DNA of 22,251 nucleotides from Candidatus Aenigmatarchaeota archaeon. GTDB lineage: Archaea; Aenigmatarchaeota; Aenigmatarchaeia; QMZP01; QMZT01. Each line of letters opens with the position of its first letter. Position 1 is the first letter of the stretch. The notes beneath the pieces were generated by a model. It was not told where the DNA came from. It ran no database searches and saw only the letters and a list, made by a program, of their open reading frames with translations. The stretch lies in NCBI GenBank assembly GCA_043808015.1, contig JAZDFI010000013.1, positions 1 through 22,251 of the forward strand. Direction: 5' to 3'. Below are positions 6,803 to 15,626 of the stretch, piece by piece. A program made the translations under genes and the position numbers.

Positions 6803-7861
6803 ATGAAAAAGATCGCCGAAGGAAAAGCGAAGCTTTACGTTCCCGAAGAGTCGCTCACGAAGGATTCTGAAACGTTCTACAATCCGGCCATGGAGCATCA
6901 GCGTAACGTGACCATCGCTGTCGTCCGCCTCGCCGGCTCGAAGGAAGCGCTCGATCCACTGGCGGCGACCGGGATTCGCGGAATCCGCCTGCTAAAGGAA
7001 GCGAACGTCGACAGCGTCGTTTTCAATGACGCCAGCCCGGCTGCGATAAAGCTCGTGCGCAGGAACATCGCTCTCAACAAGATAAAAAAGTCCTCTTATG
7101 AAATCTCCAGGAAGGACGCGAACGAACTTTTCCTCGAAAAAAGGCGCTACAACTTCGTCGACATAGACCCTTTCGGCTCGCCCATCAAGTTCCTGAGAAG
7201 CATCTCTTATGCGCTCAGGAAGGACTCGCTGCTCGGAGTGACGGCGACGGATTCCGGCGCGCTCGCAGGGAAATTCGCTGACGCCTGCTTCAGGCGCTAC
7301 GGCGTTTTCGTATGCTCGACTGACTTCCCGAAAGAGCTGGGCGTGCGCGTGCTCATCACGTCGATACTCAAGAATCTCGCGACGCACGACATGACTTTCG
7401 AGCCTCTGTATTCGCACGCGAACCATTATTTCCGCGTGATAGGGCGAATATCGTACGGGCCGGACAAGAACGTCTCCAAAATAAAAATGGTTTCCTACTG
7501 CCCCAAATGCCATAACAGGAAAATCGGCGTCGAGAGCGTATGCGACAACTGCAGAGGCGAGATGCGTCACATCGGTCCCATATGGACTGGTAAAATTCAC
7601 GACCGCGAATTCTGCAAACGCTTGCTGGAAACGTTCGAATTTCCGGGTAAAAAGGAGATAGAGCTTGCCGCGGAGGCGATAGACCACCCCTTCTACTACG
7701 ACCTGCATGCGCTAGCGCAATCGCTCAAGACCAGCCCTCCGCGCATGGAGAAGCTGATAGAAAAGCTGAGGGTGAAAGGCTTCGAGGCGTCGAGAACGCA
7801 CCTGGAGCTCAGGGCCGTAAAAACCAATGCGCCGTTAAAAGAGCTGAAAAAGCTGTTATAG
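6803..7861 (+). CDS. trm1: tRNA (guanine26-N2)-dimethyltransferase Trm1
   Basis: EGKAK, FYNPAMEHQRN, LAATGIRGIR, VDIDPFGSP, VTATD, ELGVRVL, CxxC..CxxC, GPIWTG, ASRTH. Start moved to ATG 6803 because 6716 lies inside the tRNA. Confidence 0.95.
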   Translation: MKKIAEGKAKLYVPEESLTKDSETFYNPAMEHQRNVTIAVVRLAGSKEALDPLAATGIRGIRLLKEANVDSVVFNDASPAAIKLVRRNIALNKIKKSSYEISRKDANELFLEKRRYNFVDIDPFGSPIKFLRSISYALRKDSLLGVTATDSGALAGKFADACFRRYGVFVCSTDFPKELGVRVLITSILKNLATHDMTFEPLYSHANHYFRVIGRISYGPDKNVSKIKMVSYCPKCHNRKIGVESVCDNCRGEMRHIGPIWTGKIHDREFCKRLLETFEFPGKKEIELAAEAIDHPFYYDLHALAQSLKTSPPRMEKLIEKLRVKGFEASRTHLELRAVKTNAPLKELKKLL

Positions 7862-7865
7862 TTCG

Positions 7866-8252
7866 TCACTTGACCGCGTATTGGCGATAAATGCTTTTCA
7901 GTTCCGGGATGTTGGTGCAGCCGCTCACCATGGGTTCTATTATTCCGGAAATAATAAACGTGATATTTTCTGCTGCGCCATATGGGTTGTCGAAGAACTC
8001 GCCTTTTTTTACTATTCCATCCAAAGGATGCATGACCGAGTATTTGACATGGACACCATTCAGACGCGGCCTGATTTCCACAGACGACCTTAATGTGCTG
8101 TTTTCCGGGACCCTTTTGAGCTCCGTTTCGCTGCCGGAATATAATGTTATCCAGCCCATGTCCTCAAAAAATTTCTTATAACCAGTACCCGTGAAACCCG
8201 TGCCTAAACATCTGTTGAATTTCTTTAGAGCGGGGTCAACCAGTAAAGTCAT
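7866..8252 (-). CDS. Hypothetical protein
   Basis: 128-aa ORF filling the space between the tfb and trm1 3' ends, co-oriented with tfb; no family recognised. Confidence 0.55.
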   Translation of the reverse strand: MTLLVDPALKKFNRCLGTGFTGTGYKKFFEDMGWITLYSGSETELKRVPENSTLRSSVEIRPRLNGVHVKYSVMHPLDGIVKKGEFFDNPYGAAENITFIISGIIEPMVSGCTNIPELKSIYRQYAVK

Positions 8253-8277
8253 AATGAAAAATAAAGCGGGAGAAGCT

Positions 8278-9264
8278 TTAATCCACGAGCTCTTCTTCTT
8301 CCTTGACCTTTTCCTCTACTTCTTCCTTTATGCCAAGGCGCTCGACTATCTCCTTGTAACGATTTCGAATGGTTACTTCAGTCACGCCTATCGCATCAGC
8401 GACTTCGCGCTGCGTCTTTTTCTTGCCTTCAAGGACTGCTGCGATGTATAACGCCGCAGCCGCGACGCCTATCGGACCCTTGCCGCTCGTCACGTCGTAG
8501 CGCATCGCTTCGTCAAGGACCTTGACAGCCTTGACCTGGATTTTCTCGTCCAGACCAAGCAGGGAGCCGAATCTCGGGATGTAATCCTGCGGCTTTGCCG
8601 GAAGTATGCGGATGTCAAGCTTCCTGGAAATATAACGGTATGTCTTGCCGATATCGCGCTTGGCGATGCCTGAAGCCTTCGAAATCTCGTCCAGCGTCCT
8701 CGGCGCGCCTTCCTCACGGCAAGTCGTGTATAGTAACGCCGCGATTATCGATTCGGTCGAGCGGCCGCGTACCAATCCCTTTTCGACCGCTCTTTCATAA
8801 AGTTTCGCGACCTTCTCGTGAACCGCTTGTGAAAGATTCAAGTATGAAATGAGCCTCTGCAGCTCTGAGAATGCGAAAGAAAGATTGCGATCCTTCGACT
8901 TTATCAGTCTCTTGTGCCACTTGGAGAGCCTGTAGTATTGCGCGCGCTTTTTCGCAGCGACCTTGAACAGCTCGCCTCGCCCCTTGCCAATTTCCGTCGT
9001 CAGCCCCTGGTCGTGCTTCGTCACTGTAAGTGGCGCGCCTGTTCTCACGCGTCGCGAGCGCTGGCTGTCGTCGAACGCTCTCCATTCCTGGGTAGTGTCA
9101 ATTATCGAAGAATTAATAACAAGACCGCAGCTGCCGCATGTCATCTCGCCGCGCGAAGTATCATAACGTAAATTAGAAGATTTGCACTCAGGACACTTCT
9201 GCTTTTTGTCATCAGATTTGCACTCAGGACACTTCTGCTTTTTGTCATCAGCTTTTGGGCACAT
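8278..9264 (-). CDS. tfb: Transcription initiation factor IIB (TFB)
   Basis: Zn ribbon CPEC..GEMTCGSCGLV, B-reader EWRAF, two cyclin repeats (GLVRGRS, PRTLDEI, TSGKGP, TQREVADAIGVTEVTIRNRYKE). Confidence 0.97.
   Translation of the reverse strand: MCPKADDKKQKCPECKSDDKKQKCPECKSSNLRYDTSRGEMTCGSCGLVINSSIIDTTQEWRAFDDSQRSRRVRTGAPLTVTKHDQGLTTEIGKGRGELFKVAAKKRAQYYRLSKWHKRLIKSKDRNLSFAFSELQRLISYLNLSQAVHEKVAKLYERAVEKGLVRGRSTESIIAALLYTTCREEGAPRTLDEISKASGIAKRDIGKTYRYISRKLDIRILPAKPQDYIPRFGSLLGLDEKIQVKAVKVLDEAMRYDVTSGKGPIGVAAAALYIAAVLEGKKKTQREVADAIGVTEVTIRNRYKEIVERLGIKEEVEEKVKEEEELVD
9178..9251. repeat. Perfect 36-bp tandem duplication inside tfb
   Basis: AGATTTGCACTCAGGACACTTCTGCTTTTTGTCATC at 9178-9213 and 9214-9249, plus AG; encodes DDKKQKCPECKS twice. 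Confidence 0.95.
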
Positions 9265-9323
9265 GTTACTCCCTTTAAGTGATTATAGTAAGATAAACGT
9301 TAATATATCTTATAGTTTACTCA

Positions 9324-9331
9324 TTTATAAA
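9324..9331 (-). promoter_or_regulatory. Putative TATA box of tfb
   Basis: TTTATAAA with A-rich BRE-like CAAATC upstream on the minus strand; SD-like AAAGGGAG before ATG 9264. Confidence 0.5.
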
Positions 9332-9423
9332 GATTTGTATGGTTCAGTGTATACTACTCCGCGACCTCTCGCATGCATGATATCGGTTTTGCGTGTTACG
9401 CCTCGGGAGTGTCTTATTATTAG

Positions 9424-9439
9424 CCAAAGTATTTATAAG
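9424..9439 (+). promoter_or_regulatory. Putative BRE/TATA of aIF-5A
   Basis: CCAAAGTA-TTTATAAG upstream of ATG 9480; SD GAGGT at 9469-9473. Confidence 0.55.
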
Positions 9440-9479
9440 CGCAGGTTAATATTACTAAATTAAGTTTTGAGGTATCTTT

Positions 9480-9869
9480 ATGAGCGAAAAGGTAGTAACA
9501 GTGAAAGACTTGAAGCCGGGATCTTACGTCATGATAGATGACGAGCCCTGCAGAGTTCTTAAGATATCCACGTCAAAACCGGGCAAGCACGGCGCTACGA
9601 AGGCGCGAGTCGAGGCGGTCGGCGTGTTCGACGAAAAGAAGCGCACGCTGATGAAGCCGACTTCCGCTAGCTGCAACGTGCCGATAATCCTCAAGAAGGG
9701 GGCGCAGGTCATTTCCATATCAGGCAACATGGCCCAGCTCATGAACCTCGAGGATTACGCGATGTTCGACTGCGAGATTCCTGCGGATCTTAAGGACAAT
9801 ATCCAGCCCGGCAAAGAAGTGGAATACTGGGAAATAGGCGACAGGAAAGTAATAAAGCAGGCCAGATAA
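9480..9869 (+). CDS. eif5a: Translation factor aIF-5A
   Basis: Hypusine-site motif SKPGKHGATKAR; size and two-domain layout fit. Confidence 0.97.
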   Translation: MSEKVVTVKDLKPGSYVMIDDEPCRVLKISTSKPGKHGATKARVEAVGVFDEKKRTLMKPTSASCNVPIILKKGAQVISISGNMAQLMNLEDYAMFDCEIPADLKDNIQPGKEVEYWEIGDRKVIKQAR

Positions 9870-9989
9870 GGCGAAACACCCGCAATTTCTCCCTTGTTTA
9901 TTTGTAATATTATTGTTTTGCCGTTCGTCAAGTTTAAACAAAAGTCTTATATACCCTTCGTTTTTTAATAATATCAGGTGATTTGTTTG

Positions 9990-10061
9990 ATGCTTGAAGA
10001 TGAGGGTGATGAGCCGGGTGTTGGAGAAGACGAAGAGACGGAAGAAGAGGAGGACCTCTAA
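9990..10061 (+). CDS. Putative 23-aa hyper-acidic micropeptide MLEDEGDEPGVGEDEETEEEEDL
   Basis: Below the ORF-track cutoff. BRE/TATA CAAAAGT-CTTATATA (9939-9953) and SD AGGTGAT (9976-9982) precede ATG 9990; TAA at 10059-10061. Confidence 0.55.
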   Translation: MLEDEGDEPGVGEDEETEEEEDL

Positions 10062-10068
10062 CACCTAA

Positions 10069-10482
10069 TTAATTTTTCTTATTTTTTATAATATTGCTAG
10101 TCTTGTAATCGCCGAGCTTTTCTTTTATCCTAATCACTTTGCATGCAATACCTTCCTCGGCCAGGAGTTTCGCTAGCGCTTTCTCGTCGGCCTTCTGGTC
10201 GTGACCCAGCGCTATGATGTCAGGACGCTCGTCGCGCACGACTTTCATGAAGTCGCGCTCGTCGCCTATCACGACTTTGTCCGCGATGGCAAGGCGCTCT
10301 ACACCGGCTTTCCTCATCTCCTGCGACGCGAGCTCGTATTTCTTCGTGCGGCGCGCGGTCCTGTCGCTGGCTATCACGACGACAAGATAATCGCCCAGCG
10401 CTTTCGCTTTTTTCAGAAAGAGCTCGTGGCCCGGGTGAACGATATTAAACACTCCGCCGGCTAGAACTTTCGTCTGTTTCAT
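10069..10482 (-). CDS. ribL: Archaeal FAD synthetase (cytidylyltransferase family)
   Basis: AGGVFNIVHPGH (HxGH), LVVVIASD, RPDIIALGHDQ, KTSNII. Confidence 0.8.
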   Translation of the reverse strand: MKQTKVLAGGVFNIVHPGHELFLKKAKALGDYLVVVIASDRTARRTKKYELASQEMRKAGVERLAIADKVVIGDERDFMKVVRDERPDIIALGHDQKADEKALAKLLAEEGIACKVIRIKEKLGDYKTSNIIKNKKN

Positions 10483-10506
10483 AAAGAACTCTTCTATTTT
10501 TGCCTT

Positions 10507-10683
10507 TTATTTCTTAAGGCTCATCGCATCGACAGGGCAGAAGTTCACGCAGGCAGCGCAGTTGACGCATCTCTTCGCGTCGCATTCTATGCCGTGCTCG
10601 GTGAGGTCCAGCGCTAGCTTCGGGCAGACTGCCACGCATCCGCCGCATCTGAGGCATTTTGCTTTGTCGGTTATCGCAACCAT
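10507..10683 (-). CDS. 2x[4Fe-4S] ferredoxin
   Basis: CLRCGGCVAVCP and CVNCAACVNFCP. The start could alternatively be 10689 or 10692. Confidence 0.92.
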   Translation of the reverse strand: MVAITDKAKCLRCGGCVAVCPKLALDLTEHGIECDAKRCVNCAACVNFCPVDAMSLKK

Positions 10684-10766
10684 AAACATCACTTAATTTA
10701 TTCAATAAGTCTATTTTTAAACCAAATGCTTAAATATTTGAAATATCCGGAGCGAAAGGTGATGTC

Positions 10767-11699
10767 ATGGCAGAGGGTTACGGTTTCGGCAAAATCATTT
10801 TATTCGGCGAGCACTTCGTCGTATACGGGCTGCCGGCGATAGCGTCGGCCATAGGAGATAAAACCATCGCCACAGCCGAGAAGGCGAGAAAATTCGAGCT
10901 GGTCGATAAAAGGCCCGCGACGGATGGTTACAAGATAACCAAGAAAGACGAGATGAACCGTTCCATGAAGCTCATACTCGACTTCATGAAAGTCGACGTG
11001 GTTAAGACGCCGGTCAAAATCACGCTCTCCGGACGCCTGTTCTGCACGAGCGGCATAGGGGCGAGCGCCGCGATGGCGACGTCGATTGCCCGCGCCTTCT
11101 CGGAACATTTCAATCTAAACCTTAGTGATGAACAGGTGAACAGGATTTCATACGAGGGCGAGAAAGGCTCGGCAGGCACGCCGTCGGGCATCGACAACAC
11201 GTGCGCGACTTACGGCGGATTGTTATGGTTCGAGAAGAACCTGAAAGGCGGCGAGAACAAGATGGAACTGATAAAGGCCAAGAAGCCGATAGAAATCGTG
11301 CTAGGCAATACCGGCATCTCTCAGGAGACGAAGCTCGTCGTCGAGGACGTTAAGAAAGCGAGGGAGTCGGATCCCAAGCGATACGACCGCATATTCAGCG
11401 ATTACCTGAAGCTTGTGAAGGAAGCGAGAGGCGTTATCGAGCGAGGGGACATCAAAAGGCTCGGCGCGCTTATGGACGAGAACCACCGCCTATTGAAAGA
11501 AATGCGTCTTTCGTGCGTCCAGGCAGAAGATATAATAAGCGTGGCGAAAGCGAATGGCGCGGCTGGCGCGAAGATAACCGGGACGGGGCGCGGCGGGTAT
11601 GTCATACTGCTCACGCCGGGAAAAGCGGTTCAGGACAATGTAGCGAAAGCGATAGAGGCGAAGGGTTACAAAACGCTTAAGACGGAAATCGGCGTTTAA
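10767..11699 (+). CDS. mvk: Mevalonate kinase
   Basis: GHMP motifs GKIILFGEHFVVYG, SGIGASAA, GTPSGIDN, GAKITGTGRGG; SD AGGTGA. Confidence 0.93.
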   Translation: MAEGYGFGKIILFGEHFVVYGLPAIASAIGDKTIATAEKARKFELVDKRPATDGYKITKKDEMNRSMKLILDFMKVDVVKTPVKITLSGRLFCTSGIGASAAMATSIARAFSEHFNLNLSDEQVNRISYEGEKGSAGTPSGIDNTCATYGGLLWFEKNLKGGENKMELIKAKKPIEIVLGNTGISQETKLVVEDVKKARESDPKRYDRIFSDYLKLVKEARGVIERGDIKRLGALMDENHRLLKEMRLSCVQAEDIISVAKANGAAGAKITGTGRGGYVILLTPGKAVQDNVAKAIEAKGYKTLKTEIGV

Positions 11700-11812
11700 T
11701 ATTCGACGATTGGCGTCTTTCAACAATTTAAAATAAGAACCCAATTTTTCTATTAAGATTATTGAATATTATCAAACACATCAAACGATTAAAGGAATTT
11801 AGGGTGATTTTG

Positions 11813-13093
11813 ATGAACATGAGGGAATTCGTTGATTTGCTGGACAAGAAGGGACTGCTTGTAAAAGTCAAAAAACCAGTCGATACCAAATACGAGATTT
11901 CAACCATAGTCAAGATGCTCGCGGGCAAGCCCGTGCTTTTCGAGCACGTAAAGGGACACGACATGCCGGTCGTATCGAACGTCTGCTCGACTCGCGACCT
12001 AGTATGCCTAGGCCTCGATATTGACAAGAAGGACCTCATAGCGAAACTCACGCATGCGATCGAGAACCCGGCGGAGCCGACGAAGAAAGTGTCGCACGAA
12101 TACCACGAACTGGAATGCGACCTCAGCAAACTCCCGATTCTGACTTATTATCCAAAGGACGGCGGGCCGTACATCGCGTCCGGCATAGCCGTCGCGAAAG
12201 ACGCGGAGCACGGAGTAAACGCTTCGTATCACCGCGCCATGATTCTCGGCAAGGACAGGATGGTGCTGCGCATTCTCGAACGCCACCTGAACGAATACAA
12301 GAAGCGCGGGCTCAAGGAATTCGCCTTCTGCATCGGCAACCCGACCACAGTTCTGATTGGGGCTGCTATTTCGGCTGAACTGGGCAAGAATGAGCTGGCG
12401 ATAGCGAACGCGCTGAATGAGACGAACGTTATCGAACTGAACGGGCACGTCGTGCCTGAAAGCGAAATAGTGATGATATGCGAGTTCACCGGCGACGTCG
12501 CTGACGAAGGGCCATTCCTCGATTTGACGGAGACGTTTGACATCGTCAGAAAACAGTCTGTGGTGCGCGTCAAGAAAATCTACGCGAAGAAAAACGCGAT
12601 TTTCCACGCGCTGCTGCCGGGCGACCTTGAACACAAGATTCTCATGGGCATGCCGCGCGAGCCGACGATTTTCCGCGAGGTTGCGAAGGTATGCGACTGC
12701 CGCGACGTTTACATAACGCCAGGCGGCTGTTCATGGCTGCACGGAGCGGTCAAGATTCACAAGAAGCACGAAGATGACGGGCGCAAGGCTATCGAGGCGG
12801 CTTTCAAAGGCCACGCCTCGATGAAGCACGTGTTCGTTGTCGACGACGACATAAACATTGAAGAGCCGAAGGAAATCGAGTGGGCGCTGGCGACGCGTTT
12901 CCAGGGGGACAAGAACATGGTGGTGAAGACGAAGGAAAAAGGCTCGTCCCTCGACCCGTCCTCGGATATGGCGACGCGCGAAACGACCAAAGTCGGCTTC
13001 GACCTCACGAAGCCGCTCGTCTCGAAGGGCAAGGATTTCAGCAGGCCCGAGCTGCCGATGAAAATAAATCTCGATGACTATCTGGTAGAATAA
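11813..13093 (+). CDS. UbiD-family prFMN decarboxylase, likely trans-anhydromevalonate 5-phosphate decarboxylase
   Basis: DGGPYI, NASYHR, EGPFLD, EHKILMGMPREP, GGCSWLH, VDDDINI, WALATRFQ, GSSLDPS; MVA-cluster context; SD GGGTGA before ATG 11813. Confidence 0.88.
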   Translation: MNMREFVDLLDKKGLLVKVKKPVDTKYEISTIVKMLAGKPVLFEHVKGHDMPVVSNVCSTRDLVCLGLDIDKKDLIAKLTHAIENPAEPTKKVSHEYHELECDLSKLPILTYYPKDGGPYIASGIAVAKDAEHGVNASYHRAMILGKDRMVLRILERHLNEYKKRGLKEFAFCIGNPTTVLIGAAISAELGKNELAIANALNETNVIELNGHVVPESEIVMICEFTGDVADEGPFLDLTETFDIVRKQSVVRVKKIYAKKNAIFHALLPGDLEHKILMGMPREPTIFREVAKVCDCRDVYITPGGCSWLHGAVKIHKKHEDDGRKAIEAAFKGHASMKHVFVVDDDINIEEPKEIEWALATRFQGDKNMVVKTKEKGSSLDPSSDMATRETTKVGFDLTKPLVSKGKDFSRPELPMKINLDDYLVE

Positions 13094-13096
13094 GAG

Positions 13097-13429
13097 ATGG
13101 GTGTGATGCGTATGCTTACCGCTGGAAAGGGGAAATATAAAGTCTGGCTGAAGGAAGCGAGACAAGGCAAGGATGTAATCCTTTTCCTCGGCGGCGGCGA
13201 GAGGACGCATATCGGCTCTGTGGTCGTTTGCGCCCCAGGCAAGCCGGCGAAAGTGCTCAACCGCAAAGGACATTACGACTGGATGGTCGCCATACCCATA
13301 GCGGAGAAAAAAAGCAGGAAGACGAAGAAGGCGGTCGTCTGCATCGCCGGGATTCATGTTAACAATGCCAGCAAGAAGGAAATAGAAATTCTCAAGAAGA
13401 ACTGCAAGGCAATTGAAAACAAAATCTGA
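13097..13429 (+). CDS. LpdD-like putative prenylated-flavin chaperone
   Basis: GKDVILFLGGGERTHIGSV, GHYD, VVCIAGIHVNNASKKEI resemble the LpdD/PAC-like family; directly downstream of the UbiD gene. Confidence 0.7.
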   Translation: MGVMRMLTAGKGKYKVWLKEARQGKDVILFLGGGERTHIGSVVVCAPGKPAKVLNRKGHYDWMVAIPIAEKKSRKTKKAVVCIAGIHVNNASKKEIEILKKNCKAIENKI

Positions 13430-13459
13430 GAAACTAAAAACAATATCGAGGGGTGGATT

Positions 13460-14638
13460 ATGTATCTCACTAAAGAACAGGAACATATGCTCAACGGCGG
13501 TCATGGCGAAGTCGTCGAAAGGCAAATGAGGCTTCTTGTCCGTCTTGGCGAAATATACAAGGCCGAAAAGATGATAGACGTCGGCTCCGTGCAGGTCGCC
13601 GGCGTTTCGTACAAGTCGATAGGCGACCCCGGCCTAGAGTTCCTGGAGGACATTGCAAACAAAGGTGTGAAAGTGAAAGTGCTCACGTTCCTCAATCCGG
13701 CCGGCATCGACATGGAGAGCTGGAGGGAAATCGGCTTCCCGGAAAGCTTTGCGATGATGCAGAAGAAGGTGATGGATGCGTTCGAGAAGATGGGCATCGT
13801 AATGTCGGCGACTTGCACGCCATATCTCGCCGGCAATCTCCCTCGTTTTCGCGAGCACATCGCATGGTCCGAGAGCTCGGCTGTCTCATTCTCGAATTCA
13901 GTGATTGGCGCGAGGACGAACCGCGAAGGCGGGCCGTCCGCGCTGGCGGCTGCGATATGCGGCTTCACTCCGAACTACGGCCTGCACCTCGACGAGAACA
14001 GGAAGCCCCATATGATTGTGAAAGTCGATGCGAAGCTGGAATACAACTCCGATTTTGGCGCGTTAGGCTACCATATCGGCAAGATAGCCGGCAGCAAGAT
14101 ACCATATTTCACCGGCATAAAGAACGCGAATACCGACAATCTCAAAGCGCTCGGCGCTGCGATGGCGGCGAGCGGGGCCGTCGCGCTTTATCATGCTGAA
14201 GGCCTTACGCCGGAAGCGGGCATGATGGACACGAAAGGCCTCGAGACAATCGAGGTTGGCGAGAAAGATCTGAAGGAAGCGTACGCGAAGCTCAACACGG
14301 GCAAGGACCCGGACCTCGTCGTTGTCGGCTGCCCGCACGCGTCTCTAAGGGAGATAATAACGATCGCGAAAAAGCTCGAGGGCAAGCATCTGAAAAAGCC
14401 GCTGTGGATATGCACTTCGCGCGTCATGAAAGACGCCGCAACACGCATGGGCCTTACGGCGACAGTCGAGAAAGCGGGAGGCAAGATAGTCGCGGACACG
14501 TGCATGGTCGTATCGCCCATCGAGGAAATGGGCTTCAAGACTACAGGCGTCGATTCAGGTAAAGCTGGTAACTATCTTCCCGGCTTCTGCAAGCAGAGCG
14601 TCGTTTTCAAAAACATCGACGATCTGATAAAAGGATGA
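13460..14638 (+). CDS. Phosphomevalonate dehydratase large subunit (aconitase X, DUF521)
   Basis: MYLTKEQE, QVAGVSYKSIGD, TCTPY, AWSESSAVSFSNSVIGARTNREGGPSALAAA, GCPHAS, DTCMVVSP. Confidence 0.93.
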   Translation: MYLTKEQEHMLNGGHGEVVERQMRLLVRLGEIYKAEKMIDVGSVQVAGVSYKSIGDPGLEFLEDIANKGVKVKVLTFLNPAGIDMESWREIGFPESFAMMQKKVMDAFEKMGIVMSATCTPYLAGNLPRFREHIAWSESSAVSFSNSVIGARTNREGGPSALAAAICGFTPNYGLHLDENRKPHMIVKVDAKLEYNSDFGALGYHIGKIAGSKIPYFTGIKNANTDNLKALGAAMAASGAVALYHAEGLTPEAGMMDTKGLETIEVGEKDLKEAYAKLNTGKDPDLVVVGCPHASLREIITIAKKLEGKHLKKPLWICTSRVMKDAATRMGLTATVEKAGGKIVADTCMVVSPIEEMGFKTTGVDSGKAGNYLPGFCKQSVVFKNIDDLIKG

Positions 14639-14648
14639 TGGTGATGTT

Positions 14649-15047
14649 ATGACGAAAGAAATTTTGAAGGGAAGGAGCATCTCGCCCGGCAAGGTTGAAG
14701 GTGAAGCGATAGTTTCGAAGACGCCTCTCGGGTTCTACGGCGGCATCGACGCGAAAACGGGCATCGTCATCGAGAAGGGTCACGAGCTCGAGGGAAAGAA
14801 TGTCAAGGATAAGATTCTCGTTTTCCCCACAGGCAAGGGCTCGAAGGTCGGCTCGTATGTAATTTACGGGTTGAAAAGGAACGGCGTCGCGCCGAAAGCG
14901 ATAATCAACAAGGAGACGGAGACTATCGTCGCTACGGGCGTGATTCTCGCCGGCATACCGTGCGTCGACCAGATAGACATAGACAAGCTGGCCACGGGCG
15001 ACAAGCTGAAAATCGACGCGACTAAAGGAACGGTAGAGCATGCGTGA
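14649..15047 (+). CDS. Phosphomevalonate dehydratase small subunit (AcnX swivel domain, DUF126)
   Basis: GRSISPGKVEGEAIVS, GGIDAKTG, GKGSKVGSY, APKAII, IVATGVILAGIP. Confidence 0.93.
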   Translation: MTKEILKGRSISPGKVEGEAIVSKTPLGFYGGIDAKTGIVIEKGHELEGKNVKDKILVFPTGKGSKVGSYVIYGLKRNGVAPKAIINKETETIVATGVILAGIPCVDQIDIDKLATGDKLKIDATKGTVEHA

Positions 15048-15615
15048 CGCTCCTGTCAAAAAAGAAAGAATCATAGTCGGCATTTCCGGAAGCTCCTGCG
15101 CCATACTTGGCGTGCGCTTTCTTGAGACCGCGAAAAAGCTCGGCCTGGAGACGCATCTCGTGATAAGCGAAACTGCAGAGAAAATCATAGAGCACGAAAC
15201 CGGGCTTAAGGTCGGCGACGTGAAAAAGCTCGCGAGTAAAGTTTATGGTTACAGGGATTTGTTTGCACCCATTGCTTCTGGTTCTTTCCAGACGAAAGGC
15301 ATGGTCATAATACCGTGCAGCATGAAGACGCTCGCAGGCGTCGCTTCCGGCTATTCGGACAATCTTATGCTGAGAGCGGCGGACGTCTGCCTTAAAGAGC
15401 GGCGCAAGCTCGTGCTGGTCGCGCGCGAAACTCCGCTGAGTCTGATACACATCGAGAACATGAAACGCGTCACGCTCGCTGGAGGCGTAATCCTGCCACC
15501 TGTCATGACGCTCTATGCGAAACGGAAAAACATAGAAGACCTTACGAATCACGTAATCGGCAAGACGCTCGATGCTTTAGGCATAAATAATGATGCATAC
15601 AAAAGATGGAACTGA
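15040..15615 (+). CDS. ubiX: Flavin prenyltransferase UbiX
   Basis: IVGISGSS, APIASGSF, PCSMKTLA, RAADVCLKERRKLVLVARETPL. Confidence 0.95.
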   Translation: MRDAPVKKERIIVGISGSSCAILGVRFLETAKKLGLETHLVISETAEKIIEHETGLKVGDVKKLASKVYGYRDLFAPIASGSFQTKGMVIIPCSMKTLAGVASGYSDNLMLRAADVCLKERRKLVLVARETPLSLIHIENMKRVTLAGGVILPPVMTLYAKRKNIEDLTNHVIGKTLDALGINNDAYKRWN

Positions 15616-15626
15616 AAGGTGATTTC

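Noticed and set aside
9178-9251. 36-bp repeat as a CRISPR array
   Set aside because: Two directly adjacent copies with no spacer, in frame within tfb; no cas genes in the window.
9720-10064. 114-aa minus-strand ORF
   Set aside because: Antisense to aIF-5A and the acidic sORF; its Phe/Leu-rich start mirrors the GAA-rich plus strand.
11762-11812. TTG-start extension of the UbiD gene
   Set aside because: AT-rich intergenic-like sequence; the SD GGGTGA points to ATG 11813 or 11819.
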